A stretch of 64,000 bases of DNA from Patescibacteria group bacterium (GTDB lineage Bacteria; Patescibacteriota; Patescibacteriia; Magasanikbacterales; UBA922), in NCBI GenBank assembly GCA_041651535.1, contig JBAZIZ010000003.1, positions 19,357 to 83,356 of the forward strand, read 5' to 3'. The notes beneath the pieces were generated by a model. That model saw only the letters and a list, made by a program, of their open reading frames with translations. It was not told where the DNA came from and searched no databases. Shown here piece after piece: positions 1 to 8,237 of the stretch (position 1 is its first letter; every line of letters starts with the position of its first letter). The position numbers were made by a program, and so were the translations under genes.

Positions 1-152
1 ATATTTCTTCCGTTACCGCAACCAACTTCCAACACTTTTGCATTTTTAGAAATATTTTTAATTAAAAAATTATTCTCTTTAATAAAAAGTTCTTTATATT
101 TAGGAGAAGGGGTTTTTAAAATTTTTTCCCAATAATTTATACTACTATTCAT
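1..152 (-). CDS. class I SAM-dependent methyltransferase, 5' fragment (gene runs off the window start)
   Basis: Minus-strand ATG at 150-152. Translation MNSSINYWEKILKTPSPKYKELFIKENNFLIKNISKNAKVLEVGCGNGRN carries the glycine-rich SAM-binding motif I (VLEVGCGNGR). Shorter than the ORF-track cutoff. Confidence 0.5.
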   Translation of the reverse strand, partial: MNSSINYWEKILKTPSPKYKELFIKENNFLIKNISKNAKVLEVGCGNGRN

Positions 153-172
153 ATAATATTTTTCCAAAAAAA

Positions 173-1384
173 TTATTTATTTTCTTCAGAAATTACATCT
201 TTTACTTTTTCTGGAGTATCTTCACTGCTGACTGCAGTTTCATTTCCCAAATCAACAACCGAAATTTGCCATCCTGTAAGTTCAGTAGCAAGACGTACAT
301 TTTGTCCATCTTTACCAATTGCTAAAGAAAATTGATCACTATTAACTTTTGCCACAGCTTCTTTATTTTCTTTATCTAATTCAACTTTTTCAATTTTAGC
401 AGGTGCCAAAGAATTTTTTATATATTCTTCAGCTTTATTAGAATACAAAATCACATCAATTTTTTCTCCACCTAATTCTTCAATAATTACATTTATACGA
501 CTGCCTCTTTGTCCAATACAAGAACCAATTGGATCAATATTTTCATCTTCAGTAAATACAGCAACTTTTGCTCTACTACCAGCATCACGAGCAATACCTT
601 TGATTACAACTTCTTCATTGGCTATTTCAGGAACTTCTTGTTCCAAAACTACTTCAACCATTTTATTAGCTTTTCTAGATAAAATTATTTCAGGACCACG
701 CACGCCAGTTTCTACTGACATCAAATAAAATTTCATTCTATTTCCTAAATTATAACGATCACGAGAGACAGTTTCACCTTGTGGTAAAATTCCAGTAATT
801 TTTCCTAAATCAATGATATAACCACCTTCTCTGTTTCTTCTTTGAACAACACCTTGAACTATCATTCCTTCTTGTTTTTTAAAATCATCAAAAACAGTTT
901 CCCTTTCAGCTTCACGAAGTTTTTGAATAATAACTTGTTTAGCTGTCATAGCAGCCATACGACCAAAATTACCAGGAACTTCTAAATCAATTTTTAAAAT
1001 ATCTCCAATTTTTGCTTTTTTATTGTGAGTTTTAGCTTCAGAAAGCATTATTTGATTTCTTGGATTAAATCTTACTAAATCCGCAATTTCTTCCTCGGTT
1101 AATTCTCTTTCTTCTTGTAACGCTTGTTCTCTTCTTTTTGTTAATTCTTCAGCATCTTTTTCCAATTTTTCAGCTTCAATATCAGCTACAACTTCTTTTT
1201 CATCCCAAACTTTCATATCACCTGTTTCTGGATCAAAAATAACTTGGACATTTTGTTGTTTATTTCCAAAATCTTTTCTGTAAGCAGCTGCCAAAGCAGT
1301 TTGCAAAGCATCAATTACAGTTTCATAATTAAGACCTTTTTCTTCACAAATAAATTGAATTTGTTTTGAAACTTCTGAACTCAT
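173..1384 (-). CDS. nusA: transcription termination/antitermination factor NusA
   Basis: 403-aa ORF with NusA N-terminal, S1 and tandem KH-like regions (MSSEVSKQIQFICEEKGL..., GSRIN..IGQRGSRI). Confidence 0.9.
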   Translation of the reverse strand: MSSEVSKQIQFICEEKGLNYETVIDALQTALAAAYRKDFGNKQQNVQVIFDPETGDMKVWDEKEVVADIEAEKLEKDAEELTKRREQALQEERELTEEEIADLVRFNPRNQIMLSEAKTHNKKAKIGDILKIDLEVPGNFGRMAAMTAKQVIIQKLREAERETVFDDFKKQEGMIVQGVVQRRNREGGYIIDLGKITGILPQGETVSRDRYNLGNRMKFYLMSVETGVRGPEIILSRKANKMVEVVLEQEVPEIANEEVVIKGIARDAGSRAKVAVFTEDENIDPIGSCIGQRGSRINVIIEELGGEKIDVILYSNKAEEYIKNSLAPAKIEKVELDKENKEAVAKVNSDQFSLAIGKDGQNVRLATELTGWQISVVDLGNETAVSSEDTPEKVKDVISEENK

Positions 1385-1540
1385 ATTTATAAATTATTAA
1401 TAAATTAATTTTTTAATAAAAAAACCAGCATATTTATAATGCTAGCCTACAATCAATAGTATAGCATATTTTCAATCTTTTGTCAACCATCTTGTTCGCT
1501 TTTTCTCTTATTTTGGGTGAATTTTGATAAAAAATAAATA

Positions 1541-1760
1541 GACAAAAATATATAAAAAAACAGTTATCTGTACACTTTGTCACTCTGAGGCGAAGCCGAA
1601 GAGTCCCTTAGATAGTGAATTACCACTAATCAATTATAATTTAATAATTATTGAATCAAAAACATCTAAGGGATTCTTCACCCAACTAATCGTCGGGTTC
1701 AGAATGACAAAAGTAAATGGAAATCTGCTTTAAAAAAAGTTTATTTATTCAGAAAATTTA
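1541..1760. repeat. copy A of a ~200-bp structured intergenic repeat (copy B at 9130..9340)
   Basis: Shared blocks with 9130-9340: cact(t)tNtcactctgag...gaagagtccc, attattgaatYaaa, taagggat, tgacaaaa, tggaaat, ttaaaaaagtttatttatt. Conserved ACTCT/AGAGT stem with loops of different length. Confidence 0.5.
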
Positions 1761-1822
1761 TTTAGATAAAAAAGTTTCTAAAAAATAAAAATAATTTTCA
1801 AATCGTTTTTTAATTTTTAATT

Positions 1823-1870
1823 CCTGCCTACATGCCTAACGGCACGTAAACCGGCAGGCAGGTTGAATTT
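1823..1870. terminator. nested GC hairpin (cctgcctac...ggcaggcagg) with flanking T-run, downstream of the yraN stop
   Basis: Inverted repeat CCTGCC/GGCAGG with inner TGCC/GGCA. The same hairpin type recurs at 3192-3211 and 9441-9480. Confidence 0.45.
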
Positions 1871-1875
1871 TTAAT

Positions 1876-2250
1876 TTAAAATGGTATTTCATAATGAAAA
1901 ATTTTATAATCTTTTTCATTATTTATATAAATACTTATTTCTTCAAATTGAATTGGAATATTTGAACTATCAATATTATTTTTTAAACAAAATATTTTTG
2001 CTGTTTTTAACATTTTATTTATTTTTATTTTATCTACTGCTCTTTCAGCACTACCAATTTCACCTTGACGAGTTTTGACTTCAATAAAACATAAAGTATC
2101 CCCTAAAAAACTTTTTTTATGCCAAGCAATAATATCTATTTCTCCTTCACGAATTTTAAAATTACGACAAACAATATCATAATTTAATTTAAATAAAAAA
2201 TCGGTCGCTATTTGTTCACCCCGATTTCCAAGCTCCTTTTTTGTTTTCAT
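1876..2250 (-). CDS. yraN: YraN-family (UPF0102) predicted endonuclease
   Basis: 124 aa; ...GEIDIIA...CFIEVKTR... pattern typical of the YraN/UPF0102 restriction-endonuclease-like fold. Confidence 0.7.
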   Translation of the reverse strand: MKTKKELGNRGEQIATDFLFKLNYDIVCRNFKIREGEIDIIAWHKKSFLGDTLCFIEVKTRQGEIGSAERAVDKIKINKMLKTAKIFCLKNNIDSSNIPIQFEEISIYINNEKDYKIFHYEIPF

Positions 2251-2254
2251 ATTT

Positions 2255-2806
2255 TTAATTTCTAAATAAAATTATTCCATGGTGATAATTTCCTAAATCA
2301 AATTCTTCTTGAACAACAAAATTATTTTTTTCAGCCCAATTTTTTATTTTTGTAAAATCAACAAACTCATTTTCAGTTGGTCCTAATCCACTTAATTTTT
2401 TACTCCAATCGACAATAACGATTCTAGATTTTTCTTTTAAAATACGAGCTGCTTCTGATAATGATATTTCGGAATCTTTAAAATGATATAAAACGTTAAT
2501 AAAAAAGGCAACATCTAAAGTTTTTGGAACAATTGAAAGAGAATTTCTTTTTTCCAAATCAGCCCAAACTGTTTCAATGTTATTTATAAATTCTATTTCT
2601 GCTCGTGCTATGATAGCATCTAAAACATCTTTTAAAATATCGATTGCATAAACAATCCCTCGATCTCCAACAATTTTTGAACCAGTAAAAACAATATGTC
2701 CAGTTCTACCACATCCAAAATCAGCAATATGCATACCTTCATGAAGGTGTGCTTTTTCAAAAATTATACTTGGATCTATTAAATTGTTACCGCTATGATA
2801 AGACAT
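2255..2806 (-). CDS. class I SAM-dependent methyltransferase
   Basis: 183 aa; motif [15 protein letters not shown] and acidic motif II (VYAIDI). Confidence 0.7.
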   Translation of the reverse strand: MSYHSGNNLIDPSIIFEKAHLHEGMHIADFGCGRTGHIVFTGSKIVGDRGIVYAIDILKDVLDAIIARAEIEFINNIETVWADLEKRNSLSIVPKTLDVAFFINVLYHFKDSEISLSEAARILKEKSRIVIVDWSKKLSGLGPTENEFVDFTKIKNWAEKNNFVVQEEFDLGNYHHGIILFRN

Positions 2807-2815
2807 AAAAAAAAA

Positions 2816-3058
2816 TTAAAGACCAAAAGCTTTACCAAAAATTGAAATAAAAATTTCTCCGAGCATCCCAGTCATTCCCAAAAAAGAACCCACGATAAAT
2901 AAAATCCCGATTATCTTGTACATTAAACGACTGCCACCTTCCACACCTAAATGTTCTTCTGCCCAATCAATCCGACCAAAATTTTCTAAAAACCATTCAG
3001 TTTTTATGACCAAAATTGCTCCTAAAGCCATGACAGCTATTCCTAAAAAATATTTCAT
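2816..3058 (-). CDS. small hydrophobic membrane protein (hypothetical)
   Basis: 80-aa ORF with two predicted TM helices. The extended -10 motif lies 25 nt upstream. Confidence 0.4.
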   Translation of the reverse strand: MKYFLGIAVMALGAILVIKTEWFLENFGRIDWAEEHLGVEGGSRLMYKIIGILFIVGSFLGMTGMLGEIFISIFGKAFGL

Positions 3059-3080
3059 AATAAAATTAATTTACAAAACT

Positions 3081-3093
3081 ATTATAACACAAA
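3081..3093 (-). promoter_or_regulatory. extended -10 promoter motif TTTGTGTTATAAT (minus strand)
   Basis: Plus strand reads ATTATAACACAAA. The identical 13-mer recurs upstream of minus-strand genes at 23881, 38304, 39769, 41274 and 51824. Confidence 0.45.
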
Positions 3094-3156
3094 AAATGAC
3101 CAAAAGTCTAACGTCTAAAGTGAAAAGTCTTTTACTAAAAAAATTAAATAAAAAAA

Positions 3157-3229
3157 CAGTCTTGTCTAAGACTATTTTTTAATTTTGCATTCCTGTCTGT
3201 CGGTAGGCAGGTTTAATTTTTAATTTATT
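3157..3229 (-). terminator. tandem intrinsic-terminator module (hairpin acagtcttgtctaagactat, ttttgcatt spacer, hairpin cctgtctgtcggtaggcagg)
   Basis: Immediately downstream of the yebC stop. On the minus strand each hairpin is followed by a T-rich tract. The same module architecture occurs at 9404-9487. Confidence 0.55.
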
Positions 3230-3961
3230 TTATTTCTCGTTTGTATACACAGCTTTTACATCATCTAAATCTTCCATTTTTTCTACAAAATTTGCTAATT
3301 TTTCACTATCTTCATCACTTAAATCTATTTTTTCTTTTGCTACCCATTCTAATCCAGAATCAATCATTTCAATATTATTTTTTTCAACAGTTTCTAACAT
3401 TTTTTGAAAATTTTCTTTTGAGCTATATAATTCTATACCTTCTTCTGTTTCTAAAATATCTTCAACTCCTCCGTCCATTAAATTTAATTGCATTTCTTCC
3501 CAATTATTTATTTTATCTTTTTCTTCTTTTACAAATCTAATAACTCCTTTTTGTTCAAATTGCCATTTTACTGAACCGGCTCCACCCATATTACCACCGT
3601 TTTTTGTAAAAATATTTTTTACTTCAGTAATCGTACGATTACTATTATCTGAAACCGTTTCCACTAAAATCGCACTACTTGCTGGCCCAAAACCTTCATA
3701 TAAAAATTCTTGAAAAACTGCTCCGTCTTTATCTTCACCTGTACCTTTTTTGATGGCTCTTTCAATATTATCTTTTGGCATGTTTACTGCTTTAGCTTTT
3801 TCAATTGCTAAACGCAAAGAAAAATTCATTGTTGGGTCGCCACCACCTTTTTGTGCAGCAACAGATATATGTCTGGCTAATTTTGTAAAAATGCTGGATT
3901 TTTTGGCGTCAGCAGCACCTTTTTTATGTTGGATATTGCTCCATTTATTATGTCCACTCAT
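3230..3961 (-). CDS. yebC: YebC/PmpR-family DNA-binding transcriptional regulator
   Basis: MSGHNKWSNIQHKKGAADAKKSSIFTKLARHISVAAQKGGGDP... is a canonical YebC N-terminus. The ORF track starts at a TTG at 4015; the first ATG (3961) aligns with the family N-terminus. Confidence 0.85.
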   Translation of the reverse strand: MSGHNKWSNIQHKKGAADAKKSSIFTKLARHISVAAQKGGGDPTMNFSLRLAIEKAKAVNMPKDNIERAIKKGTGEDKDGAVFQEFLYEGFGPASSAILVETVSDNSNRTITEVKNIFTKNGGNMGGAGSVKWQFEQKGVIRFVKEEKDKINNWEEMQLNLMDGGVEDILETEEGIELYSSKENFQKMLETVEKNNIEMIDSGLEWVAKEKIDLSDEDSEKLANFVEKMEDLDDVKAVYTNEK

Positions 3962-4112
3962 ATTTATTTTAATTAAAATAAAATAATCTTTTTTAGATTT
4001 TACCTCATTTTTCAAAAAAAATCAAGCAGACAAATTATGATTTATGATTCTAGATTTTAGAATTAAAATTTTTAGCAAATAAACTCATAAATCTAAAATC
4101 TTAATTCTAAAA

Positions 4113-6257
4113 TTATTCGTAGACTTTCTCCACATTCACTCCTGTGTAATAATATTTTAAAATATCTTTAAAACCTACATCTTCTCTATCCGCCATGTAG
4201 GCAGCGTCACGAGCACTCATTCCAACTCCATGCCCAAGCATAGCTTTTGGATACATTTTGTCATATTTAGCAATAACTGATACTAACCACGGTTTTGCAG
4301 ATCCGCCCCACACTTCTGTCCAAGATCTTGTTCGGCCATCACTGTTTGCATAATAAGGAGTAATTACTATTTCTCCTTTGTAAGTAACCATATAACCACG
4401 AGTATTATTAGCTGCTTCCACAACTCTTGGCATTAAAACTTCACTAGCATAACCTAAAAATAATTGATCGCCTGTATTAGCTACAACATCAAAATATCTT
4501 GAAGCATGTTTGTCAGTATTAGTCATTGTATAATAAGCATAAGTTCTAGCTGCGGTCAAAAGTGCTTCTATATAATCAATATCTGATAAATTTGAGGTTT
4601 CGCCTATTCCAGCTACATAATCTTCAAGCAAAAGTTCATTTATAACATAATTATGAGAACCATCTTCAGTTGTACGATATTCAAAAACACCACGATAAGT
4701 GTTAAAATTAACTGCTCCTTTCCAAGAAACAAGCCGATCATAATTTGTTAATTCAAAAACAGCACGATTGTTTTTTTCTGGAACAAGCCTAATAAAATTA
4801 CTAGTAGAAAAATACAATTCATCAGTTTCATAAGTATAAATTCCCCCATCATAATGCATTTTAGCTGTTTTTCCTTTTTCTAATTCACCCATTTTTTTTG
4901 AACCTTTATAAACAATGTAAGTGTCTTCATTTGATTTAAAATAAACTTCGCCATCATCTGGATCACGCCAAATACCAACTCTGATAGTTGGCTCATCAAA
5001 ACGCGGTGTAAAAATTTCTTCCTCTTCTTCAGAATCATATTCACTGTATTTTGAACCAATAAAATTTGAAGAAGCATCTTTTGAAACAACAACTTTTATA
5101 TTTGTAATTGTATCCGACAATATTTTATCACCAATTTTTAAAACTATACTAAAATTATATTCACCAGAATATTTTGGAGTATTTATATAAAAACTTTCTT
5201 TGGCTATTCCCCATTTTTCTACTGAATTTTCTTTATTTAAAATAATTTCTTTTGCTTCCCAACTGTCATCACTAAAATCACCATCATTTTGTTCTGACAA
5301 AACAAAAGAATAATCTGACCAATCTTCAGTGCTTAAATTTTGGTAAGCTAAAATAATTTTTATTCTTTCACCACCTTTAGCTTGAATTTCTTTTTTATTT
5401 ATCATGACAAGTTTTGCTTCACCTTCGGCAGTTTTTACTTCAACATTATCTTTTTCAGTTGTTGGAATTAAATCACTAACATTAGAATAATCTGTTTTTG
5501 TTTGTGTATTCGTTTTTGAACTTAAATTAGAATTATTAAGCAAAGCTCTTGTACCTTCGCCAATCCAACCTGGGTAAGGTGCTAATTTATTATCTTTTTG
5601 AAAAGCAATTACAGCTTGTTTTGTCACTTCGCCAAAATAACCAGTAATTTCATGATCAAAATAACCAAGTTCTTTTAATTTTGTTTGTAATTGTGTAACT
5701 TCTTCTCCTTCATCTTCTAAATATAAATAATTTTTAAAAACATATGTTGGTTTTTCTACAACTTTTATTTTTACATAAAAATAACCACCTTCTAACCAAG
5801 AATAATTTCTAGCAGCTAAATAAAATTTTTCTATATATTCACCAGCTTTTGTATCAGTTGGCACAGAAAAATCAACGTTAATTTCACCAAATTCTTTTGC
5901 TGCTATTTTGTCTGGTGTCATTTTTGCAGTTTGACTTGGTTCTAACCAATTTTTACCAGCAAAAATACTATTATGATAGCGTTCTTCCATGGTATAAGCG
6001 GAAATATAATTTGCTCCACTATTGTCCCAAGTTGTATTTCCAACATTTTGAAATTTAAAAATTACATTTTTTGTTTCACCAGCTATAATTTCTATCGGAT
6101 CATTTACAGTTTGGGAAATATATTTTGCTTTAAATTTAGAATCTTTAATTGAAACTTCAGGAATTGTGTTTATATCTGTCCCAAAAACATTTTTAGAGAA
6201 TAAAAAACTTAAACTCAGAAATAAAACAAAAATAAAAACAAAACTTTTTTTATTCAT
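4113..6257 (-). CDS. secreted SpoIID/LytB-domain protein with a peptidoglycan-binding (PG_binding_1-like) repeat
   Basis: Signal peptide. LQTKLKELGYFDHEITGYFGEVTKQAVIAFQKDNKL is PG-binding-like. The C-terminal ...YYANSDGRTRSWTEVWGG... matches the SpoIID/LytB signature. Confidence 0.7.
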   Translation of the reverse strand: MNKKSFVFIFVLFLSLSFLFSKNVFGTDINTIPEVSIKDSKFKAKYISQTVNDPIEIIAGETKNVIFKFQNVGNTTWDNSGANYISAYTMEERYHNSIFAGKNWLEPSQTAKMTPDKIAAKEFGEINVDFSVPTDTKAGEYIEKFYLAARNYSWLEGGYFYVKIKVVEKPTYVFKNYLYLEDEGEEVTQLQTKLKELGYFDHEITGYFGEVTKQAVIAFQKDNKLAPYPGWIGEGTRALLNNSNLSSKTNTQTKTDYSNVSDLIPTTEKDNVEVKTAEGEAKLVMINKKEIQAKGGERIKIILAYQNLSTEDWSDYSFVLSEQNDGDFSDDSWEAKEIILNKENSVEKWGIAKESFYINTPKYSGEYNFSIVLKIGDKILSDTITNIKVVVSKDASSNFIGSKYSEYDSEEEEEIFTPRFDEPTIRVGIWRDPDDGEVYFKSNEDTYIVYKGSKKMGELEKGKTAKMHYDGGIYTYETDELYFSTSNFIRLVPEKNNRAVFELTNYDRLVSWKGAVNFNTYRGVFEYRTTEDGSHNYVINELLLEDYVAGIGETSNLSDIDYIEALLTAARTYAYYTMTNTDKHASRYFDVVANTGDQLFLGYASEVLMPRVVEAANNTRGYMVTYKGEIVITPYYANSDGRTRSWTEVWGGSAKPWLVSVIAKYDKMYPKAMLGHGVGMSARDAAYMADREDVGFKDILKYYYTGVNVEKVYE

Positions 6258-6333
6258 AAATATTTTTTAGATTAATTTTTTATATTATAGCATAAAATAA
6301 ATTAAAAAGGAAAAAGTAAAAAGGAAAAAAGAT

Positions 6334-6363
6334 TTGATAAAAATAAATAAAAAATGTTATAGT
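6334..6363 (+). promoter_or_regulatory. candidate sigma70 promoter for a TR-containing RNA (TTGATA, 18-nt spacer, TGtTATAGT)
   Basis: -35 TTGATA at 6334-6339; extended -10 TGtTATAGT at 6355-6363. Oriented toward the TR 250 nt downstream. No ORF lies between. Confidence 0.3.
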
Positions 6364-6610
6364 ATTATTGAAAGTAAGCTAATGAATTTTAGATCAAGGT
6401 TTAAAATCGCTGAAATCCTAAAACTTTAAATTACCAGATTTTAATAATCAAGGTTATTAAAAGTGTGTAGTAAAGATTTTAGATGCTACTTACTGATTTT
6501 TGGAGTAGTTTAAAAACTACAAAATAAAATACAGGAAAAATGAGTATATAAGATTTTAATCAGTAAACCTCTAATTCCAGTGCAAACAGATGAAAATCAG
6601 TAAAAAATAA

Positions 6611-6732
6611 GCTCCCGCTATGAGGATGATAGGGTGCCGAATGTCAATCTGTATGACGATGAAGTTCCTAAGTTGAACTGGAACAACTTTGACAACTCGA
6701 ATGACAAGTGGGGTTCAGCTTCTTGCCGTAGC
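6611..6732 (+). repeat. DGR template repeat (TR), 122 bp
   Basis: Aligns gap-free with the reverse complement of 8247-8368. All 19 mismatches fall on TR adenines. The TR frame contains 7 AAC/AAT codons. GC content is well above the local background. Confidence 0.9.
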
Positions 6733-6744
6733 CTCTAAAATACA

Positions 6745-6777
6745 AAAAAAACGTCCTTATGGGCGTTTCTATTTTTA
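6745..6777. terminator. hairpin aaacgtccttatgggcgttt with T-runs on both strands, immediately 3' of the TR and of the avd stop
   Basis: Inverted repeat AACGTCC/GGGCGTT, followed by tctatttttat on the plus strand and ttttttttgtatttt on the minus strand. Confidence 0.5.
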
Positions 6778-7134
6778 TCAAAGAAAACGAATCCAACCAC
6801 CTAACATCCTGCCTATTTCTTGTATTTGACTTTCCAGTTTTATATATTTATTATTATCAATTATTTTTAATTCTCTTTCCATTCTAAGTAAAACTTTCAA
6901 AGTATCAAATTTATTATTTGCTTCTATTAATTTTATCTTCTTGTCTTGTCTTTTTAAACTCATCGCTGATAAAATTAGTTCTAAAAAAGAAATAATATAT
7001 TCTTCACATTTTTTTCCAAGCATATATTGATCTTTTTTAGGAAAAGTTTTGGCATAAAAATAATATTCTTTATATAAGTCAACTGTTTTTTTAAGAATCG
7101 GAGCCTCATTTTTTATTTGATCAAAATTTTGCAT
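6778..7134 (-). CDS. avd: DGR accessory variability determinant (Avd; four-helix-bundle protein, TIGR02436-like)
   Basis: 118-aa basic helical protein that ends ...GGWIRFL, as Avd/four-helix-bundle proteins do. Sits between the TR and the RT. Confidence 0.8.
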   Translation of the reverse strand: MQNFDQIKNEAPILKKTVDLYKEYYFYAKTFPKKDQYMLGKKCEEYIISFLELILSAMSLKRQDKKIKLIEANNKFDTLKVLLRMERELKIIDNNKYIKLESQIQEIGRMLGGWIRFL

Positions 7135-8184
7135 ATGAAAATTTATAAAAATATTTTTAATGATATTATTTCAATGAACAATTTACTTTTAGCATGGGAT
7201 GAATTTAAAAAAGGTAAAAGAAATAAAATAGATGTCCAAAATTTTGAACTTTATTTAGAAGATAATTTATTTAATCTTCATAATGATTTAATAGATAAAA
7301 AATATAAACATAATAAATATACTGATTTTTATATTAATGATCCTAAAAAAAGACACATTCATAAAGCATTAGTAAAAGATAGGCTAATTCATCATGCAAT
7401 TCATCGCATAATTTATCCTATCTTTGATCCAATTTTTATTTTTGATTCTTATTCTTCTAGAAAAAATAAAGGTGTTCATAAAGCAATAAGTAGATTAAAA
7501 GTTTTTTTAAATAAAGTTAATCAAACTCATAATAAATGTTTTGTATTAAAATGTGATATAAAAAAATTTTTTTCTAGCATTGATCATAACATACTCATAA
7601 AAATAATTTCTGAAAAAATAAAAGATGAAGAATTAGTATGTTTATTAAAAGAAATTATTAATAGTTTTGAATCTGAATTTAGTATAAACAAAGATAAAAA
7701 AGGATTACCAATCGGAAATCTAACATCCCAACTTTTTGCAAATGTTTACCTAAATGAATTAGATCAATTTATTAAACAAAATTTAAAAATAAAATATTAT
7801 ATTCGTTATGCTGATGATTTTGTTATTATTCATCAGGATAAAAATTATTTAATAAATAATTTAATTAAAATAGATAATTTTATAAAAGAAAAATTAAAAA
7901 TGTCTTTACATCCAAACAAAATTTCAATCAGAAAGTGTAGTCAGGGTGTAGATTATTTAGGGTATGTAATTTTACCCAAAGCTACTGTTTTGAGAACAAA
8001 GACCAAGCGTAGAATTTTAAAAAAAATTAAATTAAGAATAAAAGAATATAAAAATAAAAAAATTGATAAATTCTTTCTTACTCAATCGATAAATTCTTAT
8101 CTTGGTGTTTTAAGTCATGCTAATAGTTACAAGTTAAAACAAAAACTAAAACAAAGTATTAAAGAAAGTTTTGATGAAAAATAA
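7135..8184 (+). CDS. DGR reverse transcriptase
   Basis: RT motifs include LPIGNLTSQLFANVYLNELD (DGR-type IGxxxSQ rather than the group II QGxxxSP) and YIRYADDFVII (YADD). The N-terminus NNLLLAWDEFKKGKR resembles the Bordetella phage bRT start. The ORF track starts at TTG 7117; the first ATG is 7135. Confidence 0.9.
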   Translation: MKIYKNIFNDIISMNNLLLAWDEFKKGKRNKIDVQNFELYLEDNLFNLHNDLIDKKYKHNKYTDFYINDPKKRHIHKALVKDRLIHHAIHRIIYPIFDPIFIFDSYSSRKNKGVHKAISRLKVFLNKVNQTHNKCFVLKCDIKKFFSSIDHNILIKIISEKIKDEELVCLLKEIINSFESEFSINKDKKGLPIGNLTSQLFANVYLNELDQFIKQNLKIKYYIRYADDFVIIHQDKNYLINNLIKIDNFIKEKLKMSLHPNKISIRKCSQGVDYLGYVILPKATVLRTKTKRRILKKIKLRIKEYKNKKIDKFFLTQSINSYLGVLSHANSYKLKQKLKQSIKESFDEK

Positions 8185-8214
8185 AAGGGACAAATCCACT
8201 GGATCCGTCCCCCC
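8175..8214 (-). terminator. hairpin GGGAC-(15 nt incl. GGATCC)-GTCCC plus T-run just 3' of the VR/target stop
   Basis: Minus-strand reading: ggggggacggatccagtggatttgtcccttttatttt. DGRs commonly carry a GC hairpin downstream of the VR. Confidence 0.5.
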
Positions 8215-8237
8215 AAAAGTTTCAAAATTCCAAAGCC

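Noticed and set aside
1881-2078. 65-aa plus-strand ORF antisense to yraN, and similar Phe/Leu-rich ORFs such as 3241..3540, 3750..3986, 13189..13437, 14440..15015 and 15829..16122
   Set aside because: These are typical AT-rich antisense artefacts (poly-Phe/Leu/Tyr translation) fully contained in well-supported housekeeping genes on the opposite strand.
7117-8184. Reverse transcriptase interpreted as a group II intron or retron RT
   Set aside because: The motif-4 region reads IGNLTSQ (DGR type), not QGxxxSP. There is no maturase/X domain or intron RNA domain structure. An A-mutated TR/VR pair and an Avd gene flank it.
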